From NCBI GenBank assembly GCA_010909165.1, contig VJWM01000019.1:1302001-1366000 (forward strand): DNA of 64,000 bases. The letters run 5' to 3'. Made by a program: the position numbers and the translations under genes. This stretch comes from Anthoceros angustus. Lineage: Eukaryota; Plantae; Anthocerotophyta. Below are positions 11,850 to 25,149 of the stretch, one piece after another. Each line of letters opens with the position of its first letter. The first letter of the stretch is position 1. The notes below the pieces were generated by a model that was not told the DNA's origin, ran no database searches, and saw only the letters and a program-made list of their open reading frames with translations.

Positions 11850-12289
11850 TGTGGAGTGCAAAATAAAGTCGGATCTGTGCGCAGGGGAAGCCGTCTGTGG
11901 CTCACGACGCTGCGCGCCAAAATGAGTTGCTAGGGTTTGACGTGGGACCCACCCCGGTAGTCTTAGCAACTACTCGGTAGTGGTGAGAGCCACCGCGGTA
12001 GTAGCTCGAGAACGGGGGTTGTGGAATAAGACCTATGGTCAAGGAATAAGATCTGGGTAGTTAGACAAGTCGGTAGGTAGTAGTAGTTGAGTAGATAGGT
12101 AAGAGGAGTGATAGCGGGTAAGTCCGAACTTAGGCGAAGGTTAGTAACGATAGAAGTTAGCGTTCCTTGGCACAAACCATTTCCTTCGGGGAGAATCCTA
12201 GGCCTACAACGACATTGAGGGTGAATGTGGACCTCATGGTATCTCTAGACACAAGTTTACACCCCACATTTTGGTGCCGTTGCCGGGGA
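11850..12289 (+). mobile_element. 419-bp LTR (11850-12268) with tRNA-Asp primer-binding site (12272-12289), internally truncated
   Basis: Ends TGTGGAGTGCAAA ... TTTACACCCCACA (11/13 inverted match), then TTT and TGGTGCCGTTGCCGGGGA, the Athila-type tRNA-Asp PBS. Confidence 0.75.
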
Positions 12290-12424
12290 ATGAAACTGCT
12301 GTCAAAGACGTAAGTAGAACTAACAAAAGCCTAAGTAGACAAGGTATTTCCAAAACATAGTAACATTTGGAACCGGACGTACAACATTCACTCTGGGACC
12401 CCGGGACAAACCGTGATTTCAGTT

Positions 12425-13300
12425 TCACTCATCACCAGAGTTCAATCCTTCGTCATCACTTGGTCCAGCTTCTCCAGCATTGTCATCACTATCTTCAGCG
12501 GCACTTTGCCTCGCAGGCTGTATGAAGCTACGCAACTCGAAGAGCTTATCCCTGATCGCTTTTTTGTCCACCGCATACACATGTTTCCGTGCGTTCAACA
12601 CAAACCCACAATACAGGATGGCTGATTCATTCACAAACACCTCCTGTATATTTTTGGGTAATAGACCTTATTCCCTTTTTTCCTTGGCATCAGACCAGAT
12701 GGGTTGGCACTCTGACGGACTATGTATTCCTACACATATCTCCCTTCGTACGCATCTATGTGCTCGGTCCGATACCGATTGGATAAGAAAGTGAGGTCGT
12801 GGTGCATCTAGTCAATGACTCTCCCCAATCCGAATGGCTTGTTATGCGTGTCCATAGTGCACTGCCGCGAAACATCCCTTCCATTTCCATTATGTCCCCA
12901 TTCATCCGCGCCATTCCCACTGATGCCTTCCGGCATTTTGATATGCCTCCAAGTACATATCACGCTGTGGGAGGTCCCTCAATAATGCCTCATCCAGCAA
13001 AGCTTCATCTGGCACTTGAAGTGGTCAAGCTATATGATCCACTTCTCCATGTGAAAACCACTTCCAAGGACGCTGTAGCACTAGCCCAATGTTTTTCTCC
13101 ACAATGATAGCAATCTCCTTCTGGTCCACCCAAAAGGCTTCCCACCACTTATACTCTTTAGCAGTCACCTATGGACGCAAATCTTTTAACCCTTCCTACA
13201 AATGGGCCACACCTTGTCATGATAGGATACCCACTGCCCCTCTTGTCCCCCTAGCTTCACCCGCATGCACCGTAGGGTGGTGCTTGCATCTTGAGTGGAG
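12425..13300 (-). pseudogene. Degenerate coding relic, possibly the C-terminus of a DNA-transposon protein
   Basis: Broken frames read KEYKWWEAFWVDQKE...VNESAILYCGFVLNARKHVYAVDKK plus an acidic tail, with many stops. Family not identified. Confidence 0.3.
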
Positions 13301-13304
13301 CTAG

Positions 13305-13590
13305 GAGGCCGCCAGCGCCCTCCCCTAACACACTGCCCGCCCATGGGCGGCCGGGCCAGCGCCCCTAGCACACCGCCCATGGGGCCCGGCCGGCGGCGCC
13401 TCCCCTAGCACACCGCCCATGGGCGCCACGCCCACCCCTAGCACACCCATGGGCGCCTGACCGGCCGGCGCCCTTCTCCCCCCAACACGCCATGCCCTGC
13501 CCATGGGCGCTGGCCGGCCGGCGCCCTCCCCTAGCACACCCTGCCCTACCCATGGGCGCCGGCCGGCTGGCGCCCCTCCCCATGGGCTCC
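13305..13590. repeat. GC-rich minisatellite (CCCCTAGCACACCGCCCATGGGCGCCGGCCGG-type units)
   Basis: About seven CCCATGGG palindromes with CCCCTAGCACAC and GGCCGGC motifs. Confidence 0.85.
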
Positions 13591-15329
13591 TCATAGGCTG
13601 TCTTTAAGAAAATGAATATTTAGCGGCTTTAAAGTTTTGCAACTTGGGACCGTTAGTCAAGTGCTTGGGAAAAGGGTCTAGTAATGAACAAGTTCCGTGT
13701 TCAAGCAAGACCCATATCTTTTGAATAAGTCAACTTTGTTGATTTTAAGGATGCTTGCATGGGTGCATGGGCAACTAACTTTACATCGTGACAAGGGGGT
13801 GCTATCTTGTTAGGGTTACTATATTCCCCAACGGTGTTTCTCGACATAGGGTTTGTCTCAAGACCCCATTTTGGCTAACCATCCAATGCATGTCTCATTT
13901 CACTGTTTTGATGATTTGCGAACCCAGCCCATGCATCGAGCCCAAAAGAAGACCTAATGTGCCCGTCCGCACAAATGCGGACACACCTTTGTACCAAGTG
14001 GCGGATGGTGGCGCCTTATGCTCAAAATGAGTGCGAGCGTCAGCGCACTTATACTCCAAAGAGGTGCAATACACCGGGTTTGGAGAGGGTTGCGTCAATA
14101 CTTGTGTAGGCAAGCACTTTCGTTCAAGTTGCTTGTGCACACTTGCCACCGCACCAACACTCACATCAATTCTCTTTTCAAACCCCGTGATTCAGAGCAA
14201 TCCCAGACGGCAGGCATACCCTGTCTGACCTGGCCCCTCCGTGTCGGAGATAAGCCGCACTTAGATCTGCAGCATTAGGCCCCGCGGGCGAGAATTGGAC
14301 AAGGTAAAGGATGGTGAGGCCTCCTCAACCGTTCTTGATCAAACTCTTCAGAGCTTACATTTCTTCTTGTCAAGTCCGTACCGCTTTCAACCTTAATCTA
14401 TCCATGGGTGGCACATGGAGCAAGTCAGATCTTAAATTCAAAATCTCCTGGCGAAGCTTGGCTATAGTTCGTCTCGAACACCTAGGCTGCGCCCATGTAG
14501 TAAATCACGGTGGGTATACGGTCCTCCTTGAGCCTCAAAAATACTCGGCCATTTGGTCAAAACCCCATTTCGGGCGACCAGCCCTCTTTCTTCAGATACT
14601 CTGGCTCTCACTAGGGCTCGCGGTGGCGGATGCTCTCTTATACTTGTGTTCATTGCATCGAGGCTTTCATTACTCAAGGACAAATCATCTATTCTATTTA
14701 TTTTCTTGCTTCTACGCAAAACATTGTGAAACATTATCGTCTTCAAAAGGTTGGCCATTAGAAACCACCATCATACATGTCGAATTTTGGAAAATGTAGC
14801 TCATCTAGAAACCAAGGCCTATGCATCTATCGTGCATCAAACTCGAATGAGCGGACATTTGGCGACCAATCAAAGAGATCCACCGCAAGTCAGAGGGCAC
14901 ATAGAGTAAGGCCAAAAGGTTTTACATGTTGTATACAAAGAATGTGGGAATATAACATCAACCAACAAATGATTTTCAAAAATAATATTCATGACTTTAC
15001 GCCTAGATACCGGATGATTTACAAATTTTTCAAACCACTAAAATCAACACTCCATCCTAGTATTGATACGCCTCTAGGTTGCTTAACAAAGTTACAAAGT
15101 TGCCAAAACAAGCAACCCATCCTAGTACTAATGACCACAAAGAGTTCTTAAAGCGCCAAAACAAGCACCATCCTAGTACTAATCCGACCCAAGAGTGCTT
15201 AAGAGTTCTAGCACCAAAGTCAAGCACCCCATTGATCGATCCCAAGGTGCTTAACCTTGAGTTCTTATGCCATGTCTATCTCCACCTACCCAAGCGGATG
15301 CAAAGAGAATAAACAATATATATACATAC

Positions 15330-15646
15330 GCCGGACGTCCGATCCACTCCACCATTTCCATCTTGACGCCCACAAGATTGGGGTCTCAGAATGCGCCGGA
15401 CGTCCGGCAGTTTTTAGACTCGCGCCAATGTGCCGAACGTCCGCATTGCTCCAATTCCTTCTATGTTTTTCACTCTAACAATGGAGATCCTGTGGTTGTG
15501 TACTGCACCACGTCCCGCTACTTTTAGAGTCGTAGTTTGGTCCTCTCGAGATGGCCATGATCGCTATCAATGTTCTTCACAATCGGACGTCCGCCAGCTG
15601 TTTTCTTCGCTTAATTGCTACTTTTATGGTTGGTTGACGTCCGCGC
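15330..15646. repeat. Cluster of CGGACGTCCG palindromic motifs (TE subterminal-like)
   Basis: Five copies or variants near 15332, 15397, 15434, 15584 and 15635. Confidence 0.55.
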
Positions 15647-15953
15647 AGCTTTTTGGACTAATTTTGTTTGGTTTGCCACTTCACCCCGCTAGGAAGTACT
15701 ATCGCTGAAAGAGGTGTTTAGGATTCCTAGCACCGTTAAAATCCTTGAAATCCCTTCCTTGTGAAGGTGAAATCCATGAACCTTCTTCGGCTTCAACCTC
15801 GTTAGCGTAAGTATTCACGAGAAAATAACATGGTCAATGTCTTTCAAGACATGTCTAAAGAGTGGTTTTGCTAAAGATGATGCATTTTGGCCCATTTTCG
15901 GGGGTCATTTTTTGGTCTTTAGAGACCCAAACCCCTTTAATGAAGAATAACCC

Positions 15954-17035
15954 CTATGTTGAGAGACGCTGTTCCCCTTCAAAAATTATCATGTTTTTTG
16001 TCGTACTTACACTCATCGCCAGCTGTTCTTGCAGCCGCTGCACCTCACTGAACAATGCCTTCCGAGTGTAGTTCACAGCCGATTTCGGCTTGTCTGTCAT
16101 TCGCTCACCTGCACCTTTGGGCTTAAGCTCAGGATGAGCTTGACAGCAGGCAGCTTCAGTGTGTTCTGTTTTACCACATGCTTTGCATACTTCCTTCTCC
16201 TTTGGTCCACCAATGCGATACTCACATTCATATGCTTTGTGAGGCCCCTGCACCGCAAGCATTTTATTGAGGTTTTGGAGCTCGTAGTGCTGTGAGCTAC
16301 TCGATCCTTTGATGGTGAGTCCCTGCGCTGTCTTCCAGGCAAGGCCGCAATGTATATCTGTGCTGCTTCCCTCATGGTTTTTACCTTGGTGTCCTTCACC
16401 AGCTGTCTGAACGGCAGATATGCAGATCTCAAGGGCTCGTTAGGCTTGATTACAAACTTCGAGAGCTCTTGAATTTTTTCTATGGAAGCCACAGGAAACA
16501 TCTCACCGAATTTGACGAACATCTCGTCCACCAGATAGATGATGACCTCAGATTGGGATGAATCTGATGAGCCTGCTTTTCCATCATCAACCTTGGATGC
16601 CTTCCTTGCCCGCTTCATTCGCAACAAAGTGTGAGCATCCTGTAGAATCTTCTCTTTGCAGTCACGATAGCATGTCAAAGCTTCACCGGCTAGAAACGTG
16701 CTCATCTTTCTGAGCGCCATCTCAGGCGTGAATTCAGACTTGTACTTAAGCACCATCTCATCAATCGCCCACCTAAATTTCTCCTCAAAGTCAACAAGCG
16801 ACATACTACCATATCTACCAGTGAATACATCATTTTTGCTAGGAGCTGGTTCATACTCCATCCTGGCACCACCACAGTTCTCTTCAAAATCAATGGATCG
16901 AATAGGAGTGTGACTCCACTCAAACTGACCACCTATCCTACGAACTGAAGGAAGTTGGGTAACGGGACTGTGGGCTTCCGATATCGGGGTGCTCTTGTTT
17001 GTCCAACCCGACCGCAGAAACACCATCACTTTCAA
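15954..17035 (-). pseudogene. Retrotransposon gag relic with two zinc knuckles
   Basis: VFTGRYGSMSLVDFEEKF...FLAGEALTCY capsid-like region; CLRCRG/PHKAYEC split by a frameshift and intact CKACGKTEHTEAAC (CX2CX4HX4C). No pol follows. Confidence 0.75.
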
Positions 17036-17874
17036 TCCCTCCCTCTGCGAGAGACTACGTTTGAGTCCAATCCGCCAGCCATGCCAGCTTGTCGATCACC
17101 TCACTCCAGAGCATTTGCCACAATTCTGCTGGTTCCAGTTCCGCTAGATTGGCCCACTCTAGAATAGATCTGCCTGCATAAAACAACAGTGAATAATCCA
17201 AAGTGCTTTCACGGTAATCCACCATCGACTTATCTGTGTGGTTCACCGTTTCTTCATCATCGATTCCGCATCCTCTTCTCAGCCTTCCGCTCGAATCTTG
17301 GGCTGCTCTTTTGAACCCTTCGAGTCACGTTGTTGTTCTTGTGCGGCTTCGTCAGCAGGGATTGTTGATGTGCAAAAATCCACTCTTTATGTGGTCACCG
17401 TCTCCTACACACATCACTGTTGAAAATCGCACACAAGACCTTTGTGAGAACGCTTGGGATCTGTATGGCTATTCTCATGAACCAGACATCAACAATCCGC
17501 GGTCAATGACGGATTGCCTGCCTTTGTTGCCTCCATCGCCGCCAGTCTTAATCACTGGCCTGGATTTCGAAGAGCCATGTGCCCGCCCGCGCGCCCGGAG
17601 AGATCTTTGTCGCTGAGCCTTGATTGCGCTTGTCCTCGTTCCGCATGCATTGCTCATGATGCCATGATGTCCATCCCACACATATATATATATACATGCT
17701 GCTTATCATGACCTCACATCCAAATCATATGTATGCACTCATGACCTAGTCATCATGCATTGCCTCTCCTCTCACATACTCACACTTGCAGCCCTCATAT
17801 ACACTCGCCTGAACACACACATGCTCACCGTCACACCACACACACTGCTTGACTGTCTTGACCTCTGTGCCATG

Positions 17875-20800
17875 TGTGGCGTGACTTTTGCTGATGGCCA
17901 GCCGGGCGCGCACAATCCCGTGTCGTTGTAGGACGAAGTCCGTTCCCAAGGGAATGATAGGCCCGCTATCACTGCTTGTGATTCTTACCGCCCTTAGCGC
18001 TCGTTCGGTCTCCTCACACACATACTCCTAACTACTCACAACGTTTCACCAGACAGTTGTGATGGCTAAACGCTTTAAGGACCTGCTCAGTCGATCGCTC
18101 ACATACATCCCTCACGCATCCGGCCCTTTCCTCTCTCCTCACGCTACACTCTTCGCCTTAGAAAAGACGCTGGTTACGCACCGACCTCCTCCGTCTCCCG
18201 GGCCTCTCCGTCCTGTGCTCTACACGCCCGGAGTTCCTCCGGCTCACGCTTCGCCCGTGCCGGACCGCTCGGACGAGCACCGCCACCCTTCCCCGCACAC
18301 ACCACAGCGTTAAGTCCGTCACGGGACCTTGATCAATCTCCCGAGGCTGCCTCCTGACTCAGACTCACGTTAGCAAGAAGACTCACAAAGGTCCGCAAGA
18401 ACGCATCAACACCAAGAGAAAGATGCTTTACTAGAGCCCCTCCTCTTATATCGCGCCCAAGGTGGCGCCTTTATTACACCCCTATTACGCGTGCTTGACT
18501 CGGTATACCCTAATCGACGCCTACCCATTTCCCCCTATCTCCTTCACGTGGAAGGTCCTGGCCCCGAATGGGTGGTCAATCCCCGCCCCGATTGTGGTGC
18601 ACCCAATCGGATGATCCGTGAGGCGGGCCCCTCCTCTCCCGGAATCACAGCCGGGTTGGGCTCTGGCGGCGGTCGACAGCCGTTACCACGGTCATCCTCC
18701 CTGGCCTCCACAGGTCCTTCGCCGGTGGGGCCACCACTATCTCGGCTCCCCTAAGCGTAAGTCGGGGCTCCTCCATCGCACCCCTCCCCGAGCCTGTCTC
18801 GACTCCCGAACTGTGGAGTCCCATTTCCGGGTCCTACCAGGTCCGACCTTGTCTGGGTCCGGACCTCGTGGTCCGGATGACACGGGTCCGGACTTGTGGT
18901 CCGGACTTATTACCGAGGTCCGGACTTGTGGTCCGGCCTGGGTCCGGACAAAGTCCGGACTCACGCCCACCCGGTTTCCTCCCTCACGGACTCCTCCGTG
19001 GCTCTCCTCAAGTCCTCCTGCTCCCGATCGCTCAAGTGACTCCTTCTGGCCCCTCCTTCCATGGTGAGGTGCGGGTGCTTACCTCGCCGCATCCGCCGCC
19101 TCCTCGCCTCCTCCCTCCTCTCCGCCGCCTCGCTATCTCAAACAGGGCCACTAGGGTCCTGTCCGCCCGTGGCCTTCATCTCCTTCGAGCCTGTGGTCCG
19201 TCGTCTGCGCGCCGAGGCTTCTATCGCCAGAGCTCGGTAATAGGCAAAGTCCGAATCGACTTGTTGAATTGCCTCTTCCACGTGCAGGAGCACCCGATAC
19301 TCCTCCGCCATAAGTGTTCCGGAGTCGGTGCCGCTCGCTTGTTGGGCCACCTCTCCGCCAGATTTTGAGCCGGGTCAGACACGAGGCTAAGGCGGCCTCG
19401 GTCACCTCCTGCTCCTTGGGCCACCTCTCCGCTGCTTCCTTCCATTGCCACTTACCGCCATAGCTGCTCCCTTCCGCCTTTCTCACCGGACCAGCTTTTT
19501 CTTCGCCCAGTGCTCCTCCGCTCATTCCGGCCTTTAGCTCCGCCACTCCCTCTCCAGTGGTCGACCTCCGTCCAGGCTCGGACTTCCTCCTTCAGCGGCA
19601 ACGCCCAACTCCTTGGATAGTCGCCGATTTTCCTCCGTCGACGGAGCCGAGGCACTCATTTCGTGCTCGAGTCGTGGATTCTCTCGTTGAGAATCACCGC
19701 CTCGACGCATCTTGGGTTGTAGCTAGCTCCTGCCCCTCCATCCGCCGCCTCCCTTCTACCTCCTCGCACTGCATTCTGGAGATCCCTATCTCCCGAGGCC
19801 GGCCTTGCTCCTCTCCGCCGCCTCCTCCGGGTCCGGACAAAGTCCGAATCGACTTGTTGAATTGCCTCTTCCACGGCCCGATCACGTCAGAGTGATCCTC
19901 GCTTTTGCGGCTTCCGACTCTTCGCCGCTTTACTGGCCTCGCCCACTTGGCGCCGCCGCCGCCTCCGCCAGTCCCGAGCTCTCTCCAGTGCCGGCCTCTT
20001 CCGCCTCCCTCCTTCGCCGCAGGGTCCTCCGCCCGCTTGGCCTCCTGAGCTTGCTTCACTGCAGACATGAAGAACCTTGGCCCGGCCTCCCGAACGCGCC
20101 TCGGCTCCGCCACCGGCGCTTCCTTCCTCGATCCGAGCGAGGGACTCCGCCTTTTCCTTTGCCCCTCTCACTTGCTCTTGAGTTCCACCATCCTCCTCCG
20201 GTGGCCTCCACTTCCCGGGTCTTCTCTGTACCACGAGACCCCAAAGCATTCCGTCCATGACGGTAGCTGTGGACTCGCCGTGTTTCTTCCACGGCCAGGT
20301 GAGGCCCCCACAAAGTCCGTAGTGGGGCCGGCATTTCTCCGCCAAGGACCTCCATACCGCCCCGAGTAAGTCCGACTGGGTTCTCGGACCTAATCAGACC
20401 CTCGGTCCGAGTGGTGAGGTCCGAGTCTCACCCTCTTGGCCCTCTTGGCCTCTAACTCCTTTGTGCCCTCTTTCTCCGGGGCTCGGAGGAGGTGAGGGGT
20501 CCGGAGCAAGCTCTTTTGCCCCTTCCTGCGGGGAGACCGGCCGGTGCCGCTGACCTCCGCCTTGGGCCACGTCCCTTCTGCCCTCCTTACGCCTCTTGAC
20601 CTCTTGCCACTGCAAGGTGGGGTGGCACCGCACCTTCGAGGTCACAGGCGGCACCGCCTTCCGCCTCGGCTCCGCTGAGTTCGTCGGGGCTCGGCAGCCG
20701 TCGTGGTTGTTGGTCCCGGTGCCGAGCCGCCAACGCCTCCCAGATCGCCTCCTCCTTCGCCTTAAGGGGCTCGGAGGGCACCAAAAGGAGGGAAGGGGAA

Positions 20801-22163
20801 TCGCTCCCAAACTTCCTGGTGGTGAGGGGTTCCCACGTATGGAGTCCGGAATCCTCCGCCTCCTCCGAGTCCGCTTGGTCTTCAAGGACCCCCACCTCAG
20901 GCGCCCTTGCACGCCGCTCTCCGGGCCTCCACTTCCGAGCGCCCGCCTCCCTCCTTCAGAGCTCGAAATGTCCCCATACATGAATCATGGGGTCGCCCGG
21001 GCGAGGCTTCGCCCTTAGCTTGCGTGCCTCGACCCGAAGATAATCCTTCCTCCGCTTCTTCCTCACTGAGCGCATGTGAATACCACAGTTATCACCAAGG
21101 TGATCCACCTTGGTGAGGTGTTCCAATGGACAATGATCCGGGCTACCGCCTTACCGCGCCAGGATCGGATATCAACCATCCGTTGGTTGTCCGCTCCAGC
21201 CTCGACGCGGCCGGCCGGCCCTATCTTCCCTTCGCCTTAAGGGGCTCGCACCACGCCCCTTCTTCCTCCTTGAGGCGGTTGTAGGCCATCCTCGGGACCT
21301 CCAAGGTCCATCGCCTGGTCCTCCGGAGGTTCTTGGATCGGACCTCCTTGTTGATCGCCAAGATCTTCCGCAAACTCCGGACTAGAGTGACGCTCAAGGT
21401 CCGACCATTTGGAACACGTCCGGATGCCACTCGCACCAATTCCCTGCTTCCTCGGCCGGGGCCCGAAGTCCGGATAGCGCGGGTCACAATGTTGCGCTCC
21501 ACGGTCCATGGCTCCCGTGACTCGGCTTTTGGGTGCCATTGCTTTCTCCTCCTCTTGTCAGGCCGTGAGTCCGCCGGGCACGATGTTCCTCCTTCGCGTC
21601 ACGCTCCAACCTTGACGGCGCCACGCTGCCGATCGGCGCCCAAAAGATAGGCCAGAGCCGGATTGCGGAGCGGATTGAGGATTGGAGGCGCGTAAATGAC
21701 CTCCCTCCTTGGCGCTTGTGGAAATGCTGCAGGCGGAAGGCGCCTCTTCGTTGTCCGTAATCGCTGGGGTGCATGGCTTACTCGACCCTACGCCCGCTTA
21801 CTCGCCTTACGCCGCGGCGTGAATACCGCTATAACGGCCTCGCGGTCCCGGCCTGCATGCCCGACCTCCACTCGGGGCCGTCCACGTGGCGCCGCCGTCT
21901 GCCCCTCACGCCCTCCTAGGTTACTTTCATACTTATCCTATTTTGACCTGGAGTGGGTTCCGGACTTATCCCGTTACTCCGGCGTAGTCCGGAGCTTGCC
22001 ATAGTGGTACCGGGGTCCGTTGTTCACTCCAGAGTCCGGAGTATACTCCGGAGCCTCGTCCGGAGCGCTACCCCAATTTATTCCTCCTTTTCCGCCTTAT
22101 TTATCCTTCAATCCTAAAAAACAGAAACCCTACTTATTTCTTAACTCCCGAGTGCATAGCCCA
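17875..22163 (-). repeat. 3' LTR, ~4.3 kb (extra partial copy of its 5' part at ~22490-23817)
   Basis: Starts directly after the PPT; homologous to 35147-49858; TATA-like GATATAAG at 18445-18452. Confidence 0.8.
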
Positions 22164-22165
22164 TA

Positions 22166-22175
22166 CTCCCTTCTC
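22166..22175 (-). other. Polypurine tract GAGAAGGGAG (second copy 23820-23829)
   Basis: Immediately upstream of TA plus the LTR start (TG)TGGGCTATGCAC, and about 25 nt after the pol stop (RVKKYHA*). Confidence 0.8.
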
Positions 22176-22198
22176 ATCTGCTACGCCTCCGCCAACAC

Positions 22199-24900
22199 TA
22201 AGCATGATACTTCTTCACCCGCCACCCGCTCACCCGAGGGGCCCTCTCCATCTAGGCGCCGTGTGGACGGACCCGTTGTCATATACTTGCACCACTTGGT
22301 ACGGACCCATCCATCTCGTGAAGTTTGCTCGAAAATGCATGTGACGACTATCATAAAGGAGGGCCAGGTCCCTTCCTTTACATACTCGATTCCGGCGATC
22401 GTGCCAAATCTTCACTGGTTTTGCACCAATCGCATCTTCACCGAGCTTCTTCCTCCTCCTCGTGGCCGAACAAACCCCAAGAGTCGCTCGAGCTGGCTTT
22501 CCTCCTCGTCCTCCTCCGAGTCGCTTGGTCTTGAAGGGCGACCCCCACCTCAGGCGCCCTTGCACGCTCTACCAGCGGGGCCTCCGGCCCCGGGCGCCGC
22601 TCAAGCTCTCCTCCTTGGGGCTCGAAATGTCCCCATACATGAATCGGGTATTCGCCCCGATGGCGAGGCTTCGCTCCTTAGCTTCGTGCCTCCCCAGTGA
22701 CAGGCGAAGATAATCCTTCCCAGTCGCTCTCTTCCCCGCTGGCGCATGCGAGAATACCAGCAGTTATCACCAAGGTGATCCACCTTGGTGGCGAGTTCAA
22801 TGGACAATGATCCGGGCTACCGCCCTTACTCGTATCCGGATCGGATATCAACCATCCGTTGGTTGTCCGCTGCGTTCGAGCCTCGGCATCGCGCGTGTGG
22901 CCCTATCTTCCCCGCCGCCTTAAGGGGCTCGGCACCGCCCCTTCTTCCTCCTTGGTTGTAGGCCATCCTCGGGACCTCAAGGTCCATCGCCTCGTCCTCC
23001 GGAGGTTCTTGGATCGGACCTCCTTGTTGATCGCCCCGGCATCTTGGGCAAACTCCGGACTAGAGTAGCGTTGTCAAAGGTCCGAGACCATTTGGAACAC
23101 GTCCGGATGCCACTCCTGCACCAATTCCCTGCTTCCTCCGGCCGGGGCCCGAAGTCCGGATAGCGCGGGTCACAATGTTGCGCTCCACGGTCCATGGCTC
23201 CCGGTTTCCGTCGGCTTTTGGGTGCCATTGCTTTCTCCTCCTCTTGTTCTTTGCTGGCTGGCGAGTCGGCGCACGATGTTCCTCCTTCGCGCGTTGTTGC
23301 TCCAACCTTGATGCGCCACGCTCTAGCGCCCAAAAGCGGCGCGAGCGGATTGCGGGCGCAAGGTATGAGGGTATGGAGGCTGCGGCCGGACCTCCCTCCT
23401 TGGCGCGGGAAAATGCGGCGGGCGCCTCTTCGTTGTCCGTAGCGCGAGTGCATGGCTTACTCGACCCTCGCTTAGCTTACGGCCTTACGCGCGCCGCGGG
23501 CGTGAATACCCCTGCGGCCTGCAGCAGGTTACGGTCTGACCTCTGCATGCGACCTCCACTCGGGGCCGTCCGTGGCGCCGCCTCGTCATCCTCACGCCTC
23601 CCTCCTGGGTTACTTTCCTGGCGTACTTATCCTATTTTGACACAGGTGGGTTCGGACTTATCCGTTACTCCGGCGTAGTCGGAGCTTGCCATAGTGGTCA
23701 GGGTCCGTTGTTCACTCAGTCGAGCCTCGTCGATTTATTCCTCCTTTTCCGCCTTATCCTTCAATCCTAAAAAGCGAAACCCTACTTATTTCTTAACTCC
23801 CGAGTGCATAGCCCACATACTCCCTTCTCATCATTGGCGTCTCGCCAACACTAAACTAATGCTTCCATGCCGTTTTGCAGTGGGCAGCGGCCTCCACATG
23901 CTCACGATTGTGGTCATCGTGCCGTCTCTATTGGTTTTACCATTTGCATCTTGGTGAGCTTCTTCCTCCTTCCATCATTACTCGAAAAGTGGGCACTTCA
24001 AACCCCAAGAGTCGCTCGAGCTGGCTTTCCTCTCTGTCAGTCTCCTTCCATCATTACTCGAAAAGTGGGCACTTCAAACCCACGGCATTACGGAGAGTGT
24101 CCGTAGGTCAAGTAGCAGGGTCCGTTGTGTGGTCACCTCGTCCGAACGCCCACGGATGGCGACTTGGTATCCATCATGGGCGTAGTTCATCGTGAGTTTA
24201 TTCAGATCCTGCAGATGAGCCCATTTGTCTTCTCTCTGACCCATTGGCCTTAGGATTGTAGGGTGCCGTCTTGCGATGATTGATGCCGAAATACTCCGTC
24301 ATGGCGGCCACCACATCATTAAGGAAATGGGTTCCCCTATCACTTACCAACTGCGGACATCCGTGCGGGTTATGATGTTCTCGTCGAATTTGGCCACGGT
24401 ATTTGCGAGTCCGTTGTCGCCACCGCCTCTACCCACCGTGCGAGTCCGTTCTTGTCGCCGCCTCTACCCACACAGTGCGGTGGTCGTTGCCACGGGATGT
24501 ATCTCCTTTGTGTGTGTCTTGTCGTAGGTCGATAGGTCCAACAAAGTCAATACCCCACTTTTGAAGGTGCGGTGCCAATATCGGTACTAGCGGCCACCGT
24601 GTCGTCGGGGTTGGCTTTCCGATCCGACAAGCATCACACTTCTTCACAAACCGGTGGGTGTCCCCATACATTGTTGGCCACCGATCCCGCTTCAAAATCT
24701 TTTGGTGGTGACTGTCTTGCGTAGTGTCCACCCCAATCCTTCGTGCATTCCTCGACGACCGCCTCCTCGCCGCAAGTACCTTCTCCGTCCGCCCTAATTT
24801 GAACACACACCGTTGTACATTCTCAAGGGTCGAGCATAGTGCACGAATGCCTCCTCTCCCACGAGTCGATTTTCGGAAGCTCCATTCCCAGGTACCGCCT
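22199..24900 (-). pseudogene. Gypsy integrase fragments (HHCC, core, GPY/F module), interrupted by a duplicated LTR segment
   Basis: WPTMYGDTHRFVKKCDAC and KWGIDFVGPI (24429-24806); RWMGPYQVVQVYDNGSV (~22260-22320). Frameshifted. Confidence 0.85.
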
Positions 24901-25149
24901 ATTTCTTCGTGGGTCGGACGCGACCCTCCCTTCTCCGCTCGCTAGCCTCGTAGCTTGGGGTTCGGTCGGCTGGGCTCCTCCGGTTGTACTTTTATCGCGC
25001 AACCAATGTCTCATCCGGAACGCATCTTCCCGATCTCTCAACACCGCCTGTTTTCAATCGTGACAGAAATGCATTTTGGTCTTGCCTCCCTTGTCTTGTT
25101 TCCACTTAACGTGAACTCCCGCAACAATATCCACCTTGCTATCCGTCCG

